Positions 8,864-17,731 of a DNA stretch of 64,000 nt are shown in pieces. This stretch comes from Bacteroidales bacterium (GTDB lineage Bacteria > Bacteroidota > Bacteroidia > Bacteroidales > VadinHA17). Under the pieces are notes generated by a model. The model made no database searches. It was not told the origin of the DNA and saw nothing but the letters and a program-made list of their open reading frames with translations. Where the stretch lies: positions 17,065-81,064 of the forward strand of contig DATALD010000012.1 of assembly GCA_036261255.1 (NCBI GenBank). Reading direction: 5' to 3'. Each line of letters begins with the position of its first letter. Positions within the stretch are counted from its first letter, which is position 1. A program made the translations under genes and the position numbers.

Positions 8864-9294
8864 TTTATTTCAGATAAATTCCTAAGAATTGTTTTTAAGG
8901 ATGACTCAAATTGTGTTATTTCATCATCAGAAAAACCTTCATAAAACAAATCTGTCATGTCAGTCGAGATCTTCTGGTAATCAGTTCTTAATGAACTGCT
9001 TTTCTCAGTCAGGCAGACAATTACCACCCTTTTATCATCCTCTGATTGTTTGCGTATTATGTGTCCTGACTTTTCAAGTCTCTCCAACATTGTTGTCAGA
9101 GTAGATTTGCTAAGGGATGTTTCTCTTGCCAGGTCATTAATAGGTATCTTGTCATTTTTCCATAATGCAAATATTATCCTGCCCTGCGCATGGTTAATGT
9201 CGATATTTGCATCTCTGAGCATCCTGGAAAAGATTCTCCCGGATAATTGATGTACCTGGGAGATCAGATAACCGCCTTCTCGTTTTTTGTTCAT
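8857..9294 (-). CDS. MarR family transcriptional regulator
   Basis: Winged HTH: INDLARETSLSKSTLTTMLERLEKSGHIIRKQSEDDKRVVIVCLT. Confidence 0.92.
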   Translation of the reverse strand: MNKKREGGYLISQVHQLSGRIFSRMLRDANIDINHAQGRIIFALWKNDKIPINDLARETSLSKSTLTTMLERLEKSGHIIRKQSEDDKRVVIVCLTEKSSSLRTDYQKISTDMTDLFYEGFSDDEITQFESSLKTILRNLSEINP

Positions 9295-9752
9295 AGTATG
9301 GTTTCAGACTGGCTGAACTGAAAGTAACTTTTTACATAAGAAGGTTTAAGTTTCAATATGGCATAATCTTCTGAATCCTTCCCTTCTGGGTAGTACATTA
9401 TCCATTCATCAATCCATAAAGCATGTTTTATTGATTTGTCAATTACAATTTCAATCTCTCCCTGGCACATGAAACCATGCCATGAACGTGGATCGCAATA
9501 GTAAACTGATACTTTAGGATTGGCAATTATCTGTCTTACCTTTGTTGATGATGTGTTTGTTGTAAAAAACAATGTCAGATCCTCATCATACTTCGACATA
9601 AATTCAACAAGATGGGGGAATAGTTTGCCATTTCTCAGGTTAAGCATAGCTCTTGTTGACGGAAAGCCATTTGAGTCGAGTGTTGTAAGATATGCTGCAT
9701 CTGTTTTTTTAATCAGGTCCAATCCCTGCTTTACGAAATTCTTGTTCATCAT
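9291..9752 (-). CDS. Pyridoxamine 5'-phosphate oxidase-like (general stress protein 26-type) FMN-binding protein
   Basis: YLTTLDSNGFPSTRAM, FFTTNTSSTKVRQIIANPKVSVYY and YYPEGKDSEDYAILK; 4-bp overlap with MarR. Confidence 0.88.
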   Translation of the reverse strand: MMNKNFVKQGLDLIKKTDAAYLTTLDSNGFPSTRAMLNLRNGKLFPHLVEFMSKYDEDLTLFFTTNTSSTKVRQIIANPKVSVYYCDPRSWHGFMCQGEIEIVIDKSIKHALWIDEWIMYYPEGKDSEDYAILKLKPSYVKSYFQFSQSETIL

Positions 9753-9762
9753 TTGAAAATAA

Positions 9763-9807
9763 AATTAGTACTATATAATACAAATATAATACTATATAGT
9801 ACTAATT
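9763..9807 (-). promoter_or_regulatory. Operator (perfect 15-bp inverted repeat) bracketing a TAnnTTTG -7 promoter box of the PNPOx-MarR operon
   Basis: AATTAGTACTATATA (9763-9777) / TATATAGTACTAATT (9793-9807). TATATTTG on the minus strand at 9781-9788. Confidence 0.75.
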
Positions 9808-9839
9808 CAGCTCACAAGATTTTTATTTGAAAGAGTTTT

Positions 9840-10526
9840 TCAGAGTTTCTCCGAAACAACACATATATCGATAGCCTTTAACGGTTTGCCTTCGATTGAA
9901 ATTCTGTCGATTTCATTTTGTTCCACCCGGTTTATCTTAAAACTTGCATTTTGAAGGTATTTTTCCACATCGGAAGGTTCGTACAATCTGAACTTTTCTG
10001 CTGTGAACTCCTGGTTTTCCATAATACTTTTCGGTCGGAATCCTATATACAATCTGCCCCCAGGTTTTAATACACGATGGAGTTCTTTTAGCTGTTCAGT
10101 AAGGTTTTCCCAGAAGTAAATAGTATTAATGCAGATTACAGAATCAAATTTTTCATTTTCGAAGGGTAAAGACCTGGAATCCTGGCATATTATCCGAACC
10201 AGGTTTTCTTTAATTAAGTTCATGTTTGTTTCTTTCGCAATTTTCACCATTGTCTCAGAAAGATCAACACAGGAAAGCCTGATATCTTTGTTTTTATTGA
10301 AATATTCTTTCAGATATTTCCCGTTTCCAATACCAATTTCAAGAATGTTTGACCTGCTTTCTATTGATAATAACCCAAACATTAATTCATAAATAGTTGC
10401 ATTAGACAGGTTCATCTGGTTGCTGACAACAACTCCCATTTCACCTGTAGGTCTTGATAGTTGCCTTCCTAATTCTTCTGCATCGATATCAAGAATCGAT
10501 ATTTCTGTTGGTTTCCTATCGCTCAT
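9840..10526 (-). CDS. Class I SAM-dependent methyltransferase
   Basis: ILEIGIGNG (motif I), CVDLSETMV, LPFENEKFDSVICINTIYFW and LHRVLKPGGRL. Confidence 0.9.
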   Translation of the reverse strand: MSDRKPTEISILDIDAEELGRQLSRPTGEMGVVVSNQMNLSNATIYELMFGLLSIESRSNILEIGIGNGKYLKEYFNKNKDIRLSCVDLSETMVKIAKETNMNLIKENLVRIICQDSRSLPFENEKFDSVICINTIYFWENLTEQLKELHRVLKPGGRLYIGFRPKSIMENQEFTAEKFRLYEPSDVEKYLQNASFKINRVEQNEIDRISIEGKPLKAIDICVVSEKL

Positions 10527-10546
10527 TTTTCTTTATATGCAAAACT

Positions 10547-10819
10547 TTAATCATCTTTCCAATTCCACCATTTTAACTTTTCTACATCCTGTTCTTCTAT
10601 TGGAGTTTCAGCATAATATACAGCACACCTGAAAACATACAATAGGCATCTGTCCTGTTTTTTACCTGCAAATCTGTTTGACAAATCATAAAGAGCTTCA
10701 GGGTCTTTATCGATCAGGTCAGATACTTTAAGGATACCTATATTCAACAGATCATTTGCAATTGAGTTACCAACACCTGGGATTGTTTTTAATTCTTTAA
10801 TTACCAAATATTTATTCAT
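10547..10819 (-). CDS. Small helix-hairpin-helix protein (Cdd1/mitomycin-resistance-like family)
   Basis: LKTIPGVGNSIANDLLNIGI, QDRCLLYVFRCAVYYA and KLKWWNWKD. Confidence 0.8.
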   Translation of the reverse strand: MNKYLVIKELKTIPGVGNSIANDLLNIGILKVSDLIDKDPEALYDLSNRFAGKKQDRCLLYVFRCAVYYAETPIEEQDVEKLKWWNWKDD

Positions 10820-10889
10820 CTTTGTGAATATTTATTCAATTAGCAGAATATCTGTTTTATATTCTCCAAAACTAATATTTTGGGAGTGT

Positions 10890-11243
10890 TCAGAACTTGA
10901 AATCGAGTTCAATTTTTACAAGTAATTCTGCAAAATAATTATTTCCAAAATGAATATTCACAGGCAGAACATTTATTGCAGTTCTTTTTGAAGGTGAATT
11001 GATCCTGAAGCCTCCTTCGAGGTATCCGCCAATATGAAGACCGCTAATGTAATCAGAGGTTTGTGGTATTGGATTTCCATCCGATTTACCTCCTGTCCCC
11101 ATTAAGCCTCTTGTTTTATTTATCAATCCGCCGCAACCGATGACCAATGAGACTCAATTAATTTTCACAAAATCGAAATATAGGTTTGTCTCAAGGTTAA
11201 TAGAGTTAAAAACTGGTCGCGTGCATTGAGTATGAATTTTGAA
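10890..11243 (-). pseudogene. 3' remnant of a probable outer-membrane beta-barrel gene
   Basis: Frame open 11243-10890 except one TGA at 11154-11156. No credible start or signal peptide. C-terminus ELLVKIELDFKF resembles a beta-signal; a terminator-like hairpin follows at 10864-10886. Confidence 0.4.
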
Positions 11244-11279
11244 CTATAATTGGCTTATCGTATCTTGTACTTCCTTATG

Positions 11280-12164
11280 TTATTTCAGGCGTTTAACATT
11301 AGTTGAACTGACCTTATAGGAGCCAATTCTCTGTTTTGTAATCAGGTATTTTCCCTTGTCAAGATATTGTTCAATAAACGGAAGGTCAGGAGCATAATGA
11401 AAACTGCCTCCCGGTTTAAGTGCATTGAGTATTTCCATATATTTCCTTGCATAATCAATATAGTTGCCATCGTTCCTGAAATGATTATGCTGAAAATGGT
11501 TTGAGAAACCAAGATTACTTGTTATTGTTCCCCACTTATCTTTTTCAAATTCATAATCAAACCAGTCTGAATTATGAAGGAACACATTACCAGATGCGAA
11601 CCTGTCAAAACCATGAGCATCAATGTCTTTTCCTCGCAGGAAATGTACTAGATTTCCTTCTCTACCGCATCCTATATCAAGAACAGGTTCAAGGATATTA
11701 TTGATGTCAATCTGTAATATTTTAATCTGAAGATCAGGGCTATATTCTGAACATGCAACAGGTTCTATTTTTTCACCTTCCAGGGAGTAAATCTTTTCTG
11801 CAAATGCATTTGTTTTTCTCAACCATTCGGATATTTTGACGTAATGATTTTTGGCTACTGAATCAATTGATGTCTTGTGAGCTTTTAAGCTGGTAAATAA
11901 ATCAACATATATATACCGAAGCGATGATTTAGCTTGTATATCAATAGTATAATATTGGTTTGTATGGCAAAATTCTTCGATCGCCCTGTTTGTGAGATAA
12001 TCGATCAACAGGCTTTCAGTTTCAGCATCAATTGAATCAATTTTTTCAATTGATTTTAATGTTTCAGGACTGAATTTTAAGGAATCACCTATCGAATCGA
12101 AAAAAAGGTTTTTACCCTGGTTGTATTTGAACTGTCTTTCTAAATCCTCTGGGGTAATCTTCAT
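11280..12164 (-). CDS. Class I SAM-dependent methyltransferase-fold protein with uncharacterised N-terminal half
   Basis: PVLDIGCGREG, GFDRF and ILNALKPGGSFHY. Confidence 0.78.
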   Translation of the reverse strand: MKITPEDLERQFKYNQGKNLFFDSIGDSLKFSPETLKSIEKIDSIDAETESLLIDYLTNRAIEEFCHTNQYYTIDIQAKSSLRYIYVDLFTSLKAHKTSIDSVAKNHYVKISEWLRKTNAFAEKIYSLEGEKIEPVACSEYSPDLQIKILQIDINNILEPVLDIGCGREGNLVHFLRGKDIDAHGFDRFASGNVFLHNSDWFDYEFEKDKWGTITSNLGFSNHFQHNHFRNDGNYIDYARKYMEILNALKPGGSFHYAPDLPFIEQYLDKGKYLITKQRIGSYKVSSTNVKRLK

Positions 12165-12196
12165 ATAATCAGATAAAAATGATGTGGTTCATTGCA

Positions 12197-13222
12197 TTAA
12201 TTAAACAAATTAATATCCTGATATCCAATGAGAGCAGGATTTCCTTCTGACAGGTACATTTTACGATTTTCAAGATCAAATACTGTTGACCATATTGTTT
12301 CAAACCTGATGTTCTTATACTGGCACATAAAGCCATATTCCCCTCTCAATAGCTCTTTTATAAAAAGAATTGGCTCGGCATGTACCGGTTCTTTTATAGC
12401 ATTGAAAGCTGTGTTATATCTTGTTTTTGAGGAGTAAACATTTTGATTGCTCCGGTCGTGCTGCTTCATTTTTTCTGAAGTAAAATGATTCACTGTCACG
12501 ATAAAAGGCTGCCCATCCTTATTTACATCAGGGTAACGTAAATTGATTCTGGAAGGGTTGCATTCCGCAACAACCATTTCATTTGATATGTCAATTAAAA
12601 GAATGTTGCAGCTTGACGCCACAGGAAGAATCTTCAGCGCCCGGATGCTTTCACTTACTGTTTTGCAGTTTTCAAGAATGTACCTGACAATGAATAATGA
12701 GTTCAATCCAGGTTTTATTCCATCTTTTTTTGGGACAACAAAGGTCATTGCCGCTACAAGACCATGTTCATTCATGCCTTCTTCTCCATTTACAAATGAG
12801 GAGGTATTGAGAATAAACTTGTGCTTCCCCATAGGTTTGTAGTAGATGCTTTTACTTACTTCTTTAAGAAAAGGAGGCAAGTCGTTATCTCTTCCATAAT
12901 ATGCTTTGTTGTTGCTTACAAAACCAAAAGCGGTGCATCCTCTTACCTCAACGTTATGGTTTTTTCTTATAGTCAGGCAGCATCCCATGCACATCAGCCA
13001 TGAACCAAACAGCTCATGGTCAAAATTGATTGTATCTGTTATTCCTCTGATCTCTTCAGATGCTTCGGGGAAGATCTGTCTCAGGATATGCAGGCTTTGT
13101 TTTCCGTGATTTGCCTGCTCTTTGTTTAATCTTATTGGAAAATCACTTCTGTTTTTTTTGAAGAAATGACCCAATATTCTCCCCATTTTGTAAGGGGATC
13201 CTTCAAGTTCCAAATGATACAT
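12197..13222 (-). CDS. C45 family autoproteolytic peptidase/acyltransferase (Ntn hydrolase)
   Basis: Cleavage-site RG|CTAF followed by YYGRDND; EGMNEHGL; FIVRYILENCKTVSE; VTVNHF. Confidence 0.87.
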   Translation of the reverse strand: MYHLELEGSPYKMGRILGHFFKKNRSDFPIRLNKEQANHGKQSLHILRQIFPEASEEIRGITDTINFDHELFGSWLMCMGCCLTIRKNHNVEVRGCTAFGFVSNNKAYYGRDNDLPPFLKEVSKSIYYKPMGKHKFILNTSSFVNGEEGMNEHGLVAAMTFVVPKKDGIKPGLNSLFIVRYILENCKTVSESIRALKILPVASSCNILLIDISNEMVVAECNPSRINLRYPDVNKDGQPFIVTVNHFTSEKMKQHDRSNQNVYSSKTRYNTAFNAIKEPVHAEPILFIKELLRGEYGFMCQYKNIRFETIWSTVFDLENRKMYLSEGNPALIGYQDINLFN

Positions 13223-13226
13223 CCCG

Positions 13227-13234
13227 CAAATATA
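13227..13234 (-). promoter_or_regulatory. Bacteroidota -7 promoter box (TATATTTG), 4 nt before the C45 start codon
   Basis: Matches TAnnTTTG; no clear -33 TTTG. Confidence 0.5.
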
Positions 13235-13266
13235 TGGAATTTAAGCTAAGCCTTTTCGGTTAACCG

Positions 13267-13298
13267 CTTCATCCCTTCGCCGCTTCGCCTCTTCGTCC
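13267..13298. repeat. 8-bp-period degenerate tandem array
   Basis: CTTCATCC CTTCGCCG CTTCGCCT CTTCGTCC. Confidence 0.6.
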
Positions 13299-13330
13299 TC
13301 GTCCCTACGTCTATCCTTCAGTCCGCTAAC

Positions 13331-13780
13331 TTATTCTATCTTTTCTCCTGCTTTGTCAATATCAAAATACTCACCGTCAAGTTCAACAAATGCCTTGCCA
13401 TCTTCAAAGCTTTCTGAAGAATCATATATTAAAGGAATAACCTCTTTCCCGGTTTTGTCTATGAACCCGTATTTGTCGTTAAGCTCAACACAAGCAAGTC
13501 CCTCCGAAAAATCTTCGGCATATTGGTATTTCAAAGGAGTGATTTCTTTTCCTGCCCTGTTTATGAAACCAAATGTAATTATTCCACCAGGTTTTTGCTC
13601 ACCGACCAAAGCAAATCCTTCGCGAAATTCGCTACCGAAAGCATATTTGGCAGGAATAACAATGGTACCTTTTTCATTTTTGTACCCGTAATTTGCATGT
13701 TCTTCAAAAAGAGATAAGTTTTGTGCGTTTAGAGCGATTGTAAAAAGCGACATCATTAATACTGTCAGTGTTGTTTTCAT
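13331..13780 (-). CDS. WG repeat-containing secreted protein
   Basis: Signal peptide; YGYKNEKG..IPAKY, FGFINRAGKEITPLKY and YGFIDKTGKEVIPLIY units with FREG/FSEG/FEDG. Confidence 0.9.
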   Translation of the reverse strand: MKTTLTVLMMSLFTIALNAQNLSLFEEHANYGYKNEKGTIVIPAKYAFGSEFREGFALVGEQKPGGIITFGFINRAGKEITPLKYQYAEDFSEGLACVELNDKYGFIDKTGKEVIPLIYDSSESFEDGKAFVELDGEYFDIDKAGEKIE

Positions 13781-13902
13781 TGTTCAAATTATAATTTTTG
13801 GGTTTAACTTAAATTATTTGTTTATCAGGTTTTTAGATTTATGTCTATTAAGTTCCAAAAAGTTACTCGTGATACGCAAAGATGCAAAGGAAAAATGTCG
13901 TT

Positions 13903-14970
13903 CTAATCTATGACAGCATTGATTTTTCCCCACAGGGCATTGTCAAAACCTGAAACAGCAAATTCGGAATTACCCGGGTCCGATGCTTCTCCCATTCTTA
14001 TTACAACCATATTTTTCGAAGGTATCACATAAATGCGTTGATCGTTGGCTCCCATTGCAGCATACATATCAGCAGGAGCATTTGTAATCAAGGGACCCTG
14101 GAAAACAGTTTGTTCACCAGGAACCATATAGCTTGTCTTGCCATTTAACCACCATAAATATCCATACGAAGGATTTATGTTCTGAGATGATGTTATGCTT
14201 TCATTGAAGTAAGACTCATTTATAATCTGTTCATCATTCCATTTTCCTTTGTTCAGCGCAAGTATTCCAAATCGTGCCATGCCTCTGGCAGTGCTGTGGT
14301 AAATAGTGAAAATGATGCCAAAGTTCCAGTAGCCGTCCATGCCGATTTTGGTTTTGATCTTCTCATGGAAATAGGTCTCAAATTGTTTATCTGATGCCTC
14401 AGTTACTATATCGATCAGTTTCTGGAAAATATTACTGTAAGCCCAACGGGTCCCGGCATCGGCAACATACGTCAGGTTTGGTTTTATCACAAGTTGTTTA
14501 GTATCGTCGTTTCCTGATGTCATTGTTAGCAAATGTCTGACAGTAATTAAGTTTTCTTTTTCAATGGACATGCTTGTCCATCCTGTTCCCAGGTAATCGG
14601 AGGCTTTATTATTAATACTAAGAAGACCTTCCTGCTGGGCTATTCCTGTTGTTGCTGATACCAGGGTTTTTCCTGCGCTATTCCATTCCCAGGTATCCTG
14701 TGCTGTTTGACCATTGAAATATTCTTCCATTGCAATTCTGCCGTTGACAAGGATCATAAATGATTTTGTGTTCTTTTGAATGAGGAAGTTTTTCAATGCC
14801 GGGATTGCATCCTGGTTCCACCCTAAGCCTGAAGGTGATACTGTTTGCCAGGAAGAACCTGAGGCGGGAGGGAAGTACATAGAATCAGATGGTTCCCGGT
14901 TTTCATCGTCTTTTTTGGTGCAACCCGCAATTGATAATACAGCGATCAGGATTAATGTCAGCTGCTTCAT
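13903..14970 (-). CDS. Serine hydrolase of the beta-lactamase class C/PBP-like family, lipoprotein
   Basis: Lipobox LSIAG-C; SxxK (SAGK), YSN, YGYLWW and AMGANDQRIYVIPS. Confidence 0.88.
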   Translation of the reverse strand: MKQLTLILIAVLSIAGCTKKDDENREPSDSMYFPPASGSSWQTVSPSGLGWNQDAIPALKNFLIQKNTKSFMILVNGRIAMEEYFNGQTAQDTWEWNSAGKTLVSATTGIAQQEGLLSINNKASDYLGTGWTSMSIEKENLITVRHLLTMTSGNDDTKQLVIKPNLTYVADAGTRWAYSNIFQKLIDIVTEASDKQFETYFHEKIKTKIGMDGYWNFGIIFTIYHSTARGMARFGILALNKGKWNDEQIINESYFNESITSSQNINPSYGYLWWLNGKTSYMVPGEQTVFQGPLITNAPADMYAAMGANDQRIYVIPSKNMVVIRMGEASDPGNSEFAVSGFDNALWGKINAVID

Positions 14971-15050
14971 ATATTATGGTTTTAGTACAACAATGATATA
15001 ATTAATCCACATAAACTGCGCCATCTTTATTTTGCGTCAGTTGGAAAAAT

Positions 15051-15512
15051 TTATTGCTTATTACCAGGCAATTTATAGTAAAAATGTACTACTTGTTCTT
15101 CGTCAGTGGGTTTTGTTGAACGATAAAATTCTATTGCATAATCGTCAACCTTATCTGCCTGTACAAAGACTTCTTCAAAACCATTTTTCATACAATATTC
15201 ATTTGTAAATTCCACTAATCGACGTCCTATTCCTTTTCTTTGGTATTCAGGCAGAACCGCAAGATCGTAGATGTATGCCAACGGTTTTTCAGAATAATAC
15301 TGATCGAGGACATATAAAGTAAGTCCTGCAATAATCCTTTTTTCAACCAAGGTTACAATCGCATAAAAATGATTGTTTTGAAGAAGCTTTTTTAGATGGG
15401 TTTCTCCTGGTCGTGTATATGGATCCATCTTAAAGACGTTTTCAAAAACCGAGATGAGCTCACAGAACTCTTCGATATTATTTTGCTGTAATATTTTAAT
15501 CTTTTCCTTCAA
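15051..15512 (-). CDS. GNAT acetyltransferase, AAC(3)-I-like
   Basis: TTG start; IAGLTLYVL, YIYDLAVLPEYQRKGIG, VFVQADKVDDYAIEFY and VVHF. Confidence 0.85.
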   Translation of the reverse strand: MKEKIKILQQNNIEEFCELISVFENVFKMDPYTRPGETHLKKLLQNNHFYAIVTLVEKRIIAGLTLYVLDQYYSEKPLAYIYDLAVLPEYQRKGIGRRLVEFTNEYCMKNGFEEVFVQADKVDDYAIEFYRSTKPTDEEQVVHFYYKLPGNKQ

Positions 15513-15559
15513 GAAGCAGTCTATTTGCCTTGAGCGTCGCAGGATGATATTTCAATATA

Positions 15560-16018
15560 TTATTCTTTAATGACAAAATAAGAACCACGAATAGTCCCTG
15601 CAAGTTTTGATCTTTGTCTTGCGAACTTAAATTTTTCTACTAGCTCTTCCGGTACTTCCATACCTTCTGACAACTTAAAACCAACTGCACGTTTTTTAGC
15701 ATCATCAATAGAATACATGACATTTATAGAAAGTCCATTTTCATAAAATATATATGTCCATTTAGTACCGTCAACAACAAATTGAGAAGTATCAAGTGGT
15801 TTTGATGCAATTTTAATATCACGTTGCTTCAGGAGAAGATTATTGACATAATCAATAATGTCTTTACTTTCAGATGCTGGTTTTACAATAAAATCATGAT
15901 TGTATTTATTTTTAAAATACCTTGATTCATTTGCACGTAAGCCTGCAAGTGACTTTGATACTGGCGAAGACTCCAGCCCTGTTAAGGATACATTTTCAAA
16001 ATCAACTGTATTTTTCAT
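15560..16018 (-). CDS. Conserved hypothetical protein (152 aa), preceded by a strong Shine-Dalgarno site
   Basis: Well-formed ORF (SPVSKSLAGLRANESRYFKNKY; KRAVGFKLSEGMEVP; SKLAGTIRGSYF). AAGGAGGT at 16023-16030 on the minus strand. Confidence 0.75.
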   Translation of the reverse strand: MKNTVDFENVSLTGLESSPVSKSLAGLRANESRYFKNKYNHDFIVKPASESKDIIDYVNNLLLKQRDIKIASKPLDTSQFVVDGTKWTYIFYENGLSINVMYSIDDAKKRAVGFKLSEGMEVPEELVEKFKFARQRSKLAGTIRGSYFVIKE

Positions 16019-16144
16019 GTGAACCTCCTTTTAATAATTCTGAACATCTATTCAGACCTTAAAAGATCATTTTTGTTCACATGGCGACAGTTTGGAAAGA
16101 TAACCTTGAATCACGTCCTTGTCCGTCTTAAGCCTCTAAAGCCT

Positions 16145-16300
16145 TTACAGCTTCAAGGACTCCATGTCAAGACGCGAGGAAATTCTTTCCCAGAACCGGG
16201 GAGCATAAACAAAAACATCATCACCAGTGTATGGAATATTGTCAGCACCGGCGTAAACCTGTACCAGGTTGGTTGTATTGAAGCTTACAACTCCGCTGAG
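16145..16300 (-). pseudogene. Start-less 51-codon gene remnant
   Basis: Open stretch LSGVVSFNTTNLVQVYAGADNIPYTGDDVFVYAPRFWERISSRLDMESLKL* with protein-like composition, bounded upstream by TGA. Confidence 0.35.
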
Positions 16301-16375
16301 TCAGTGTTTTGTTTTCACCCGGGGCGGTAGATTGCGTTTGTATACTTGTTGCTCCTGATTATCTTCTAATCAATA

Positions 16376-17731
16376 TTAAAACTTCAAGGTAAATACCGAT
16401 CCCTTATCCGGAGAGGAGTTCACTGAAATTGTGCCATTGTGATTCTGCATTATTTGTTTTGACAGGCTTAATCCAATACCTGAACCATGTTCTTTTGTTG
16501 TATAGAATGGCACAAAAATATCTTCAACAATATCAGCTGATATCCCTGTCCCATTGTCTTCAACCTGGATTAATATGCTACCATTGGCACAGAATGCTTT
16601 CAGGTGAATTGTTCCTTCCTTTTTGCCGGACAAAGCTTCGACTGCATTTTTGATAAGGTTAATAAGAATCTGCTCGATCTGGGAATAGTCCGCTTCAAGT
16701 GTAAGCTCCTCAGGGTAAACACTTGCAGAAATTTTTATATTATCCGGAATGTTTGATTCCATGAGCATAATGCATTTCCGCAAAAGGCTGTCGATAATGA
16801 ATCTGCTTAAAACGGGTTTTGGCAAAGATGCTAAGCTTCTGTACTTATCAACAAATTCGAGTAATCCTTTTCCTGTTTCATTAATTGTATCTAACCCTGA
16901 AAGTGTTTTTGATATTATTCTCTGATTAACTTCTGCCGGCACTATCGTATTTTCAGTGCCTTGATTTTTATAATACCCCGATATCGCTGAACTAAGAGAA
17001 GTTATCGGGCTTATTGAATTCATTATCTCATGGGTTAACACCCGGATTATCTTTTGCCAGGAATCAAGTTCTTTTTTATCGAGTTCATTTGTAATATCAT
17101 GAAAAGATACCAGTTTAATCACATTGTTTTCAAATTTCAACTCTGCGGCTTTTATTAAAACACTCTGTAGAGCATTGTTAACAATCATTTTATGTAATAT
17201 TTCCTGTCCGGGACTAATAGTATTTATAATTCCGAAAAGATTGTCATCCTTTGTTTTTAATGATGCCATCTGTTCGGGTTGTTGAATGTTTAAATACTTT
17301 TTTGCAGCGCTATTATAAAACTTTATCGTGCAGTTAACATCAAATGATAGTAGCCCGGTATCAACATGGTCAACAACACTTTGCAGGAAACGGCTTGTTC
17401 TTTCAGTTTCAATCCTCGCATTCCGGATGATAGTATTTACTGAATTCATCCTGTCATGTAATTTGCCGAATGATTTATTAGTCTCATTAGAAAACCAGAT
17501 AGATGTATCTTGATTCTGAACCGATGAAAAGAATTTTTCAAGATCTGAATTTGTTCTGTTAACCTTATCAACAAGTAACAATGTTTGAAACACAATCAAA
17601 AATGTAATACCTGCCAATGTGTAATAGTATCCGCTCTCAAGATGCTGTAATACTATTCCTAATACTACGCAGGATAATGCTATAAAGCTTACCCTGAGAA
17701 ATACATTGATGAAGAATTTATTCAAAAGCAT
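16376..17731 (-). CDS. Sensor histidine kinase (NtrY/NtrB-like): 2 TM with minimal periplasmic loop, PAS-like domain, HisKA, HATPase
   Basis: RVLTHEIMNSISPI, QILINLIKNAVEA, VEDNGTGI, FVPFYTTK and GSGIGLSL. Confidence 0.93.
   Translation of the reverse strand: MLLNKFFINVFLRVSFIALSCVVLGIVLQHLESGYYYTLAGITFLIVFQTLLLVDKVNRTNSDLEKFFSSVQNQDTSIWFSNETNKSFGKLHDRMNSVNTIIRNARIETERTSRFLQSVVDHVDTGLLSFDVNCTIKFYNSAAKKYLNIQQPEQMASLKTKDDNLFGIINTISPGQEILHKMIVNNALQSVLIKAAELKFENNVIKLVSFHDITNELDKKELDSWQKIIRVLTHEIMNSISPITSLSSAISGYYKNQGTENTIVPAEVNQRIISKTLSGLDTINETGKGLLEFVDKYRSLASLPKPVLSRFIIDSLLRKCIMLMESNIPDNIKISASVYPEELTLEADYSQIEQILINLIKNAVEALSGKKEGTIHLKAFCANGSILIQVEDNGTGISADIVEDIFVPFYTTKEHGSGIGLSLSKQIMQNHNGTISVNSSPDKGSVFTLKF

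Noticed and set aside
13903-14970. True AmpC beta-lactamase resistance gene
   Set aside because: SxxK and YxN are shared by many esterases/peptidases, and the lipoprotein architecture does not indicate AmpC.
15008-15050. Integron attC site after the GNAT gene
   Set aside because: An imperfect AACTG...CAGTT hairpin exists, but the ends do not fit RYYYAAC/GTTRRRY and no matching sites follow the other genes.
15560-16018. Prophage (homologues are, from memory, sometimes labelled 'phage tail protein')
   Set aside because: No other phage structural, packaging or integration genes are in the window.
16019-16330. Plus-strand 103-aa ORF
   Set aside because: Antisense to an all-minus-strand region; the minus-strand remnant looks more protein-like.
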